A stretch of 64,000 nucleotides of DNA from a bacterium (GTDB lineage: Bacteria; Patescibacteriota; Minisyncoccia; UBA6257; 02-FULL-45-10c), in assembly GCA_030700025.1 (NCBI GenBank), contig JAUYKI010000017.1:2748-66747 (forward strand). Reading direction: 5' to 3'. Positions 7,745 through 15,165 of the stretch are shown piece by piece. The position numbers were made by a program, and so were the translations under genes. The notes beneath the pieces are model-generated. The model was not told the origin of the DNA and ran no database searches. It worked only from the letters and a program-made list of their open reading frames with translations. Each line of letters begins with the position of its first letter. The stretch's first letter is position 1.

Positions 7745-8470
7745 AATCCCCCGACATGCGTCAGGGGAAATGATGATGGGCAACAGTTGCTTTGCAGTGT
7801 TATGAGGTATTAGCCTCTAGCCATAAAGTGGCTGTCTGTTCTGCGTTGCTTCTGTTGCCGTTGACTCGGAATTTTGTCAGGGCGGGTGGACACCGGGTTA
7901 GCTCGCGCGGCTGAAAGAAAGTCAGCCTTCTATTCCCGGCGCCACCTTTGGCAGTGAGATGGTTGTAACACCCCACCGGCCAGCAGCCTGCCCCGACTTT
8001 ACGTCGGGGTCCCCTCCGGCTTGTGACCGGAGGATGATTCCAAATAGCAGTTGCCTTTCGCAGATTATGAGCCTATTGGGCTCTGACCAAAAAAGTGGTC
8101 TTCTTTCTGTTAGCTTCTGTTATTGGATGATTCCGCCCCGACGCTTTGTAAGCCGTCGGGGATACTGCTACTTGGTGAGCCGGTCCTAAGGTAGCGAATC
8201 TTTGGTTTCCTACCCACCAAGATGATGCTTCTTATTGTAGTTAAGGAACGAAAGTAGCGCGATGTGACTCTGCAACTGTCCAGTTTGTGTTGCATCGGAG
8301 CGGAATACCCGGGTGGACGGCCCCAAGGCTCCTACGGCTCTTTGCCTGATCTCGGGTTCTTCCCGACGTCAACCAAGCATTGTAAGAACCAAAGCCAGCA
8401 TCGCTAAGTAAGGATAGCACACCTCAAACCCTTTGTCAATAGCGGGTTTGCAATCTCTAAATTCTAATCC
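7745..8470. other. ORF-free hairpin-rich region of ~700 bp between metG and tatD (candidate structured RNA or decayed element)
   Basis: No ORF longer than 76 codons on either strand. Coding-like GC content. Several strong GC hairpins: CCCCGACtttacGTCGGGG, CCTCCGGcttgtgaCCGGAGG, CCCCGACGctttgtaagcCGTCGGGG. Internal duplicated segment ('GGATGATTCC', 'TTCTGTT…GCTTCTGTT'). Includes a 17-nt string GGTCCTAAGGTAGCGAA identical to a universally conserved 23S rRNA segment, but the flanks are not rRNA-like. Confidence 0.35.
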
Positions 8471-8603
8471 CTAATCTCTAAATAAACTCGAAGCTCAAAT
8501 ATCCGGATTTTTAAATTTTATTTTTGAGATTGGACATTGGAAATTGTTTAGAAATTAGGGTTTAGGAATTAGAAATTTATCAAAACATGTTATTATTAAT
8601 TCC

Positions 8604-9473
8604 ATGAAACTTTTTGATTCTCACACCCACGTTCAATTCTCGGCTTACGATAATGACCGCGAAGAAGTTATTAAACGCGCTCGAGAAGCGGGCGTAAAAA
8701 TGATTTGCGTGGGTACGCAGTTTTCCACTTCCGAGGCGGGGATAAAATTGGCGGAAAAATATCCGGACGATATTTGGGCGTCGGTTGGTTTTCATCCGAA
8801 TCACGCGGTGAGCGAGGGCTGGCATCACGATCCGGACGAACAAAGCGAAGCTCGGCCGGAAAAGTTTGATTCGGACCAATTGGAAAAATTAGCCCTGAAT
8901 CCGAAAGTGGTGGCGATTGGGGAATGCGGATTGGACTACTATAGAATCAGGAATGATGAATTAGGAATTAAGAATAAGCAGAAAGAAGTTTTTTTGGCGC
9001 AAGCGGAGATTGCCCAAAAATTAAATAAAGCCCTTATGATTCATTGCCGTTCCTCGGTTTTGAAAAGCCCCGAAGGTAAATCAATAAAAACTGACGATGC
9101 TTATGAAGACCTATTTAACTTAATGACCAATAACCAATTACCAATAACCAAAGTAATTCACTTTTTTGCCGGGTCTTTAGAAATAGCAAAAAAATTATTA
9201 AATGCCGGCTGTTATTTTACTTTTGGCGGGGTCATAACGTTTACCCGGGATTATGACGAGGCAATTAAATATCTTCCTTTGGACAGAATCCTTTTGGAAA
9301 CCGACGCGCCCTATGTCGCGCCGGAGCCGTACCGGGGGAAGAGGAATGAGCCGGCTTATGTTGTGGAAGTAGCGAAAAAAATGGCGGAGTTCAAAGGCGT
9401 AAGTTTGGAGAAGGTGGCGGAAGCGACCACGCAAAATAACTTGACTATTTTTAGATTATCTGATATTGTATAG
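8604..9473 (+). CDS. tatD: TatD-family metal-dependent hydrolase (DNase)
   Basis: N-terminal FDSHTHV motif, GECGLDYY, and C-terminal LLETDAPY motif. Confidence 0.85.
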   Translation: MKLFDSHTHVQFSAYDNDREEVIKRAREAGVKMICVGTQFSTSEAGIKLAEKYPDDIWASVGFHPNHAVSEGWHHDPDEQSEARPEKFDSDQLEKLALNPKVVAIGECGLDYYRIRNDELGIKNKQKEVFLAQAEIAQKLNKALMIHCRSSVLKSPEGKSIKTDDAYEDLFNLMTNNQLPITKVIHFFAGSLEIAKKLLNAGCYFTFGGVITFTRDYDEAIKYLPLDRILLETDAPYVAPEPYRGKRNEPAYVVEVAKKMAEFKGVSLEKVAEATTQNNLTIFRLSDIV

Positions 9474-9551
9474 GCAGTTTCACTTTGATAAGCCCTCCGA
9501 CGGGTTCGACAAGCTCACCGCGGGCAATCTTGGGGTAAAGGAGGCGCTAAC

Positions 9552-9920
9552 GTGGGCAAATGGGTGTGGTGGCTCTGGATTTGGCCGGCATCAATTTTGC
9601 ACGCTTTGGATGTGACTACGACTTATGCCGGATTATCCACCGGTAAATTCCAGGAAACCAACCCTCTCATCAGCTCTTTAATTGAGAGATGGGGATTAGA
9701 AGTCGGATTGCTGGCAACGCTGGCAATTAAGATTTTGATCATAGTTGCCGGATGCGCTTTGTGCTGGTCGGCAGCGGAATTACGAAAGATTTTCAAAGAA
9801 TGGGGAGTGATTCTGGTTCCGTGGGCGTTGTCGGTTCTTCTGTACGCATCTTTGGGATTTCATTTGGCAGTCATGGTTTTCGTGGCAATGAATAATTTAA
9901 CAGTTTTGGCTCTGGGTTGA
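9552..9920 (+). CDS. Small integral membrane protein (3-4 TM helices), unknown function
   Basis: GTG start preceded by AAAGGAGG with 8-nt spacing; hydrophobic segments throughout. Confidence 0.5.
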   Translation: MGKWVWWLWIWPASILHALDVTTTYAGLSTGKFQETNPLISSLIERWGLEVGLLATLAIKILIIVAGCALCWSAAELRKIFKEWGVILVPWALSVLLYASLGFHLAVMVFVAMNNLTVLALG

Positions 9921-9984
9921 CCCCGGAGCATTTTTTTGTTATCATATCTCTGCAGTTTTTTGACAACCCACTTGGGAGGAAACA

Positions 9985-11694
9985 ATGAATTACAACCAGA
10001 CCGTGCCGGAGCTTTTTGCCCAGACAGTTCAGCGATATCCGAATAAAGACGCGATTCTTTTCCATGGCCGGTTTACTTACTCGGATTTGGATAAGATGTC
10101 AGATGAATTTGCCAAAGTGCTTTTGATGAACGGCATTTACAAGGGCGACCGGGTTTCGTTACTGTTGCCCAATAGCGTACATTTTGACGTGGCCTTTTTA
10201 GGCATTTTGAAAATCGGAGCGGTAGTGTCGGCGATGAATCCGTTGGTCAGCACTCCGGAAATTCTGGAGATGGCGAAACAAGCGAAGCCCACAATGATCA
10301 TTACCTTGGATATCGCGCCTTTTTACGCGCATAACCAGGCGATTTACAAGAGCTTGAAGCCCAACCAGATTATGATGGTTTGCGATTTGCGGGATTATTT
10401 CTCGCCGATTTTAAAGATTCTTTATACGCTGAAAACTTGGCGGGATAAACACTTCTTGGGAATCAGCTCCGAAGATGGCAGGCGGTCGGTATATTCGTGG
10501 GGCTATTGGAAGCGCGACAGTTTATCACAGAAATATTTGTTGCCTGACAATCCCACAATGGCAGCATTAACGAAAAAGAATTGTCCGACTCCGGACGATT
10601 TGGCTGTTTTGCAATCTACCGGCGGAACGACTGGAATTCCGAAGTTTGCTATGTTGAGCCATCGGAATATCATCAGTAACACTTTGCAGGCCTTGGCGCA
10701 TGTTAATGCCACGGGCCAGCTGGTTACCAAGGATTCTATTTTCTTGGGCGTTTTGCCGTTTTTCCATGTTTTCGGGCTTTCGGTTTGCCTGAACTTGGCT
10801 TTTGCGGTTGGCGCGACTGTGGTGATTATGCCGAAGTTTGACAGCGCGGAAGCGCTAAAGCTGATCAAGAAATACGGAGTGGATATTTTTCCGGCGATTA
10901 CCCGGATGTACGCGGCTTTGGTCGCGTTCGGATCTAAGGATTCGGAAAAATGCCGGACAATGTGCGCTAGCTTGAGGCTGTGCTTTTCCGGAGCCGGAGC
11001 TTTGGATCTGGCGGTAAAAGCCCAATGGGAAAAAATGACCGGAAAAGAAATCACCGAAGGCTACGGCTTGTCCGAAGCGTCGCCGATCGTTTCTTTTAAT
11101 CCGATTGGTGAAGGAAAAACCGGAAGCATGGGCACCTTGGTTCCGGATACGGAATTGAAATTAGTTCACCAGGATACCGGCGAACCGGTTGGCTGGGATG
11201 AATCTGGTGAATTGTGGATCCGTGGCCCGCAAGTGATGATGGGCTATTGGCAGAATGAAGAAGAAACGCGAATGGCGCTCCGCGAAGGCGGATGGCTGGC
11301 TACCGGCGATATCGTCCGATATCACGACGGATATTTATGGTTCGTGGACCGGAAAAAGGACATGGTGAAGATTAACGGAGAGAATGTTTATCCCAAGTCC
11401 ATTGAAGATGTAATCCGTACCTGTCCGATAGTGGCTGATGTGGCGGTGTTTGGCGTGCCAGATAAAGAAACCGGCGAACAGCTGGTAGCGTGCGTAGTTT
11501 TAAACGATAAAGCAGAGGGCGCGCTGAAATACACCGATTCGGCCTTGACTGACGCGATACACGGCCATTGCCGCAATAACCATCTGGCGGGAATCAAGAT
11601 TCCCAAGCGAGTGGTATCGGTTCCCGAAATTCCCAAAACGGTTGTAGGAAAAGTTCTGAAGAGAGTATTGAAAGAAAACCTTTTAAAAAACTAA
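9985..11694 (+). CDS. AMP-dependent synthetase/ligase (long-chain fatty-acid--CoA ligase-like)
   Basis: AMP-binding signature LQSTGGTTGIPKFAMLSHRN, plus TEGYGLSE and GWLATGDI motifs; 569 aa. Confidence 0.85.
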   Translation: MNYNQTVPELFAQTVQRYPNKDAILFHGRFTYSDLDKMSDEFAKVLLMNGIYKGDRVSLLLPNSVHFDVAFLGILKIGAVVSAMNPLVSTPEILEMAKQAKPTMIITLDIAPFYAHNQAIYKSLKPNQIMMVCDLRDYFSPILKILYTLKTWRDKHFLGISSEDGRRSVYSWGYWKRDSLSQKYLLPDNPTMAALTKKNCPTPDDLAVLQSTGGTTGIPKFAMLSHRNIISNTLQALAHVNATGQLVTKDSIFLGVLPFFHVFGLSVCLNLAFAVGATVVIMPKFDSAEALKLIKKYGVDIFPAITRMYAALVAFGSKDSEKCRTMCASLRLCFSGAGALDLAVKAQWEKMTGKEITEGYGLSEASPIVSFNPIGEGKTGSMGTLVPDTELKLVHQDTGEPVGWDESGELWIRGPQVMMGYWQNEEETRMALREGGWLATGDIVRYHDGYLWFVDRKKDMVKINGENVYPKSIEDVIRTCPIVADVAVFGVPDKETGEQLVACVVLNDKAEGALKYTDSALTDAIHGHCRNNHLAGIKIPKRVVSVPEIPKTVVGKVLKRVLKENLLKN

Positions 11695-11716
11695 AGACTA
11701 AAAATCAAAAAATTTA

Positions 11717-11743
11717 ACCCCGATAAATGTCGGGGTTTTTAAT
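11717..11743 (+). terminator. Rho-independent terminator after the acyl-CoA ligase gene
   Basis: CCCCGAtaaatgTCGGGG followed by TTTTTAATTT. Confidence 0.7.
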
Positions 11744-11745
11744 TT

Positions 11746-11891
11746 AGAAAGAGTGTTTTATTCTCCCGCTACTGTTCAAACTCCCGGCGAGAGTTTTCAC
11801 TGGGTCTCGGGCTTCGCTCTTTCCGCCTTTGGCGGAAAACCCTGCCCGCTCAGCCCTCAGCCCGCGCTACGGAGAATAAAACACTCTTTCT
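11746..11891. repeat. Family-B palindromic element, copy 1 (~146 bp)
   Basis: Terminal inverted repeat AGAAAGAGTGTTTTATTCTC … GAGAATAAAACACTCTTTCT. The interior is the reverse complement of the copy at 36625-36809 (shared GAGCGAAGCCCGAGACCCAGTGAAAAC and GCTGAGCGGGCAGGG blocks). Confidence 0.7.
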
Positions 11892-11996
11892 AATTTTTAT
11901 GGAAATAAAAAAACCACGGCTTAACGCACCGTGGTATTGATTAGCGCCCTTGCTAATGCCCGCAAGAGTAAAGGGTTATGCCGAAACGGGCCCTGA

Positions 11997-12116
11997 TCAG
12001 GAATAGTGGCAGGTCAGGTTCAGGGCCATTACCAGAAGGATCATCGCGCCCGCCACGCCCACTATCACCCAGGCGACCTCCTGGCTCACCTTCTTCTCGT
12101 TCAGATACTTCATCAT
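11997..12116 (-). CDS. 39-aa single-TM micropeptide (not in the ORF track)
   Basis: CAAGGAGGctgcacATGATG start context; MMKYLNEKKVSQEVAWVIVGVAGAMILLVMALNLTCHYS. Lies directly downstream of the 65-aa membrane ORF on the same strand. Confidence 0.4.
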   Translation of the reverse strand: MMKYLNEKKVSQEVAWVIVGVAGAMILLVMALNLTCHYS

Positions 12117-12135
12117 GTGCAGCCTCCTTGTTAGT

Positions 12136-12333
12136 TTACTTTGGGCCCGAGATGGGGTTCTGTCGTTTCTTGAGCCCGCCTAACAAAAGACCAATCAGAA
12201 GGCCGATCAGGTATCCGATGTACAAACTGCAGCCTATGGTCACGAACGATGCGTGAGGGGTTCGCGGAGTCTCGAAGGCGTAGGGCAAAAACATGGCAAC
12301 TATCAACCCGATACCAAGCTGAATCATATACAC
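12136..12333 (-). CDS. 65-aa two-TM small membrane protein
   Basis: GGGAGG Shine-Dalgarno upstream; hydrophobic LIGLLIGLLLGG segment. Tandem with the 39-aa peptide gene. Confidence 0.45.
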   Translation of the reverse strand: MYMIQLGIGLIVAMFLPYAFETPRTPHASFVTIGCSLYIGYLIGLLIGLLLGGLKKRQNPISGPK

Positions 12334-12440
12334 GATAGTCCTCCCAGCGTTTTCAAGTTTCTAAACATATCTTATCATATTATTCCAATCTTGTCAATCG
12401 GGGATAGCAAATACCCCATTTTTAGCTTAAAATTTACCTA

Positions 12441-14966
12441 ATGAAGTACGACTTCAAAAAGATAGAAAAAAAGTGGCAGAAGACTTGGAGTAAGAATGAC
12501 TACGCCGTCTGGCACGCGGAGGAAAAGCCCAGGGCAAGGGAAATGTATGTTTTGGACATGTTTCCGTATCCTTCCGGCGAAGGTTTGCATGTGGGCCATG
12601 TGGAGGGCTACACTGCCTCGGATATTTTAAGCCGTTATTATCGGATGCGCGGTTTTAATGTTTTGCACCCAATGGGCTGGGACGCTTTCGGTTTGCCCGC
12701 GGAAAATTACGCGATTAAAAAGAAGGTCCATCCCGCGGAAGTAGTGAAGCAAAATGTTAAGCGGTTCAAAGAACAGCTGAACAAGCTGGGCTTCAGCTAT
12801 GACTGGCAAAGGGAAGTGAATACCACCGACCCGGAATATTATAAGTGGACTCAATGGATTTTCCTCCAGCTTTTTGAAAAGGGCTTGGCTTATGAAGCGG
12901 AAGTGCCGGTGAATTGGTGCCCGAAAGATAAAACGGTTTTAGCGAACGAGGAAGTGATTGACGGCTGTTGTGAACGCTGTAGCGAACAGGTGGAAAGGAA
13001 AAATCTCAAGCAATGGGTTTTAAAAATCACGGCTTACGCGGACCGGCTTTTAAAGGACTTGGAAGATTTGGACTGGCCGGACAAAGTGAAAGAAATGCAG
13101 AAAAATTGGATCGGCCGTTCCGAGGGCGCGGAAATTGATTTTCCAGTGGCTAATTCCACTTTAAAAATAAAAGTCTTCACCACCCGGCCGGACACGATTC
13201 CGGGAGTTACTTATTTAGTGCTGGCGCCGGAACATGCGCTGATTTCCCAGCTGGACGCGAGAATTACCAATCCGAACGCGGTTAAGGAATATCTGGAAAC
13301 CGCCAGGCATAAATCGGAACGGGAAAGAATCGCCGATATCAGGCAAAAAACCGGAGTGGAATTGCGGGGCATCAAGGCCGTGAATCCTTTAACCGGAAAA
13401 GAAATACCGGTTTGGACTTCGGATTACGTTTTATCCGGCTACGGCACCGGAGCGATTATGGCGGTTCCGGCGCATGACCAGCGGGATTTTGAATTTGCCA
13501 AGAATTTCGAATTGCCGATTGTCCAGGTCATTTCCCTTACCGGACGGGAAGAGGATTTAGCGTCGGCGTACGGAGGCGACGGCATTATGATTAACGCCGG
13601 CGAAGAATTAAACGGCTTGGGCAATCAGTTAGCGAAAGAAACAATTATTGAAAAATTGGAAGCTCATAAAAAGGTAAATTATAAGCTTCGGGACTGGGTA
13701 TTTTCCCGCCAGCGTTATTGGGGAGAACCTATACCGCTTATTTTTTGTGAACAGTGTAAAAAACAAGCGGTAAATTCCAAATTCCAAACTCCAAATTCCA
13801 AACATAATGAATTTAACGAAGGCGAGATTTTAAATCCGGGCTGGGTTCCGGTGCCGGAAGAAGATTTGCCGGTAGAACTGCCGAAAGTTAAAAACTATGA
13901 GCCGACCGGTTCGGCGGAGTCTCCGCTAGCAGGGATTGATAAGTGGGTGAATGTAAAATGTCCGCAATGCGGCGAGCCGGCGAAAAGAGAAACCAACACT
14001 ATGCCGCAATGGGCGGGCTCTTGCTGGTATTATCTCGCGTATATTTTAAGTGAAAAGTTAAAAGTTAAAAGTGACAAAGATTTTTGGGATAAAAAATCTT
14101 TGGATTATTGGCTGCCGGTGGATGTTTATATCGGCGGAGTAGAGCACGCCGTACTCCATCTTTTATATGCTCGTTTTTGGCATAAGTTTTTGCATGATAT
14201 TGAAGCTGTTTCTACGAAAGAGCCGTTTCAGCGGTTGGTGAATCAGGGCTTGATTTTGGGACCGGATAATCAAAAGATGTCCAAATCCCGCGGGAACGTG
14301 GTTAATCCGGATGAGCTGGTAGAAAAGTTCGGAGCGGATTCTTTGCGGTTATATGAAATGTTTATGGGGCCGTTGGAAGACGCTAAACCGTGGCAGCCGG
14401 ACGGAATTGTCGGCGTGCATCGGTTTCTTAATCGTGTATGGAATCTAGTAGGCGAAAAGCGAAAAACGAAAAGCGAAAAGACGGACGATAAATTAGAAAG
14501 ATTATTACACAAGACGATTAAAAAAGTTACTGAAGACGTAGAGGGGCTTAAATTTAATACCGCTATTTCCAGTTTAATGATTTTAGTGAATGAAATGGAG
14601 AAGGCGGAGTCAATAGTTAATAGTCAATTGTTATTAGTTACTAAGTTGCTGTTTCCTTTTGCTCCGCATATTGCCCAAGAGCTTTGGAGCCAGCTTGGCC
14701 CTTCGGCAAGTTCAGGACAAGCAAGCTTGCTGGATCATGAAGATTGGCCGAAATATGACGAGAAATTGATTACCGAAGAAGACTTTGAGCTTTTGATTCA
14801 GGTTAACGGAAAATTGCGCGATAAGGTTATGGTTTCAAAAAATACTACGCAAGAAGAAGCGGAGAAGTTGGTTTTGGGAATGGAAAAGATTAAAGAGTTT
14901 GTCGGCAAAGCTAAGCCTAAAAAAATAATTTTTGTGCCAGGCCGGTTAATTAATATTGTGGTTTAG
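12441..14966 (+). CDS. leuS: Leucine--tRNA ligase
   Basis: HVGHVEGY (HIGH) motif, KMSKSRGN, and CP1 editing-domain layout; 841 aa. Contains three in-frame heptamer-repeat insertions. Confidence 0.95.
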   Translation: MKYDFKKIEKKWQKTWSKNDYAVWHAEEKPRAREMYVLDMFPYPSGEGLHVGHVEGYTASDILSRYYRMRGFNVLHPMGWDAFGLPAENYAIKKKVHPAEVVKQNVKRFKEQLNKLGFSYDWQREVNTTDPEYYKWTQWIFLQLFEKGLAYEAEVPVNWCPKDKTVLANEEVIDGCCERCSEQVERKNLKQWVLKITAYADRLLKDLEDLDWPDKVKEMQKNWIGRSEGAEIDFPVANSTLKIKVFTTRPDTIPGVTYLVLAPEHALISQLDARITNPNAVKEYLETARHKSERERIADIRQKTGVELRGIKAVNPLTGKEIPVWTSDYVLSGYGTGAIMAVPAHDQRDFEFAKNFELPIVQVISLTGREEDLASAYGGDGIMINAGEELNGLGNQLAKETIIEKLEAHKKVNYKLRDWVFSRQRYWGEPIPLIFCEQCKKQAVNSKFQTPNSKHNEFNEGEILNPGWVPVPEEDLPVELPKVKNYEPTGSAESPLAGIDKWVNVKCPQCGEPAKRETNTMPQWAGSCWYYLAYILSEKLKVKSDKDFWDKKSLDYWLPVDVYIGGVEHAVLHLLYARFWHKFLHDIEAVSTKEPFQRLVNQGLILGPDNQKMSKSRGNVVNPDELVEKFGADSLRLYEMFMGPLEDAKPWQPDGIVGVHRFLNRVWNLVGEKRKTKSEKTDDKLERLLHKTIKKVTEDVEGLKFNTAISSLMILVNEMEKAESIVNSQLLLVTKLLFPFAPHIAQELWSQLGPSASSGQASLLDHEDWPKYDEKLITEEDFELLIQVNGKLRDKVMVSKNTTQEEAEKLVLGMEKIKEFVGKAKPKKIIFVPGRLINIVV

Positions 14967-15028
14967 AAGAAAAATTATCTCGTCTTCGTTGCTTTAGTAT
15001 AAAATCATCAGTTATATATGTATATATG

Positions 15029-15164
15029 CCCGGTATTACAACTTTGATCGTAAAAGTTTCAGCGAGTTATTTAAGAAAAACTATGAAATTACCTAATTTA
15101 TTAATTATAAAGTCGACAAAGCGCTTAATTTTAATTAAGCGCCAATCAAAGTTGTAATACCGGG
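15029..15164. promoter_or_regulatory. 20-bp inverted repeat enclosing a ~95-bp AT-rich segment with an inner perfect palindrome, immediately 5' of the glmS ATG
   Basis: CCCGGTATTACAACTTTGAT at 15029-15048 pairs with ATCAAAGTTGTAATACCGGG at 15145-15164. Inner palindrome AAGCGCTTAATTTTAATTAAGCGCC. The glmS ATG is at 15166. Confidence 0.45.
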
Positions 15165-15165
15165 T

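Noticed and set aside
8170-8215. 23S rRNA gene fragment (GGTCCTAAGGTAGCGAA match)
   Set aside because: Only a 17-nt identity. The rRNA continuation (AUUCCUUGUCGGGUAAGUUCCGACC) is absent and no other rRNA-like blocks flank it, so this is not an rRNA gene. Reported only as a curiosity within the ORF-free region.
10503-11054. 183-aa ORF antisense inside the acyl-CoA ligase gene, and similar antisense ORFs (21483-22022 in htrA; 41119-41511 in pilB; 22753-23964 ORFs in the ATPase; 15907-16248 in glmS)
   Set aside because: They lie fully inside well-supported conserved genes on the opposite strand, have no start-site signals and low-complexity composition. They are shadow ORFs.
11978-12256. 92-aa Pro/Arg/Ser-rich ORF on the plus strand
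   Set aside because: It is antisense to two SD-equipped hydrophobic micropeptide genes and has biased low-complexity composition. Unlikely to be coding.
15029-15165. glmS ribozyme/riboswitch in the glmS 5' region
   Set aside because: None of the conserved glmS-ribozyme core strings I can recall (e.g. AGCGCCAGAACUGGC, GACGAGG…UUAUCGAAUUUUCGGCGGAUGCC) are present. Kept as an unclassified inverted-repeat structure instead.
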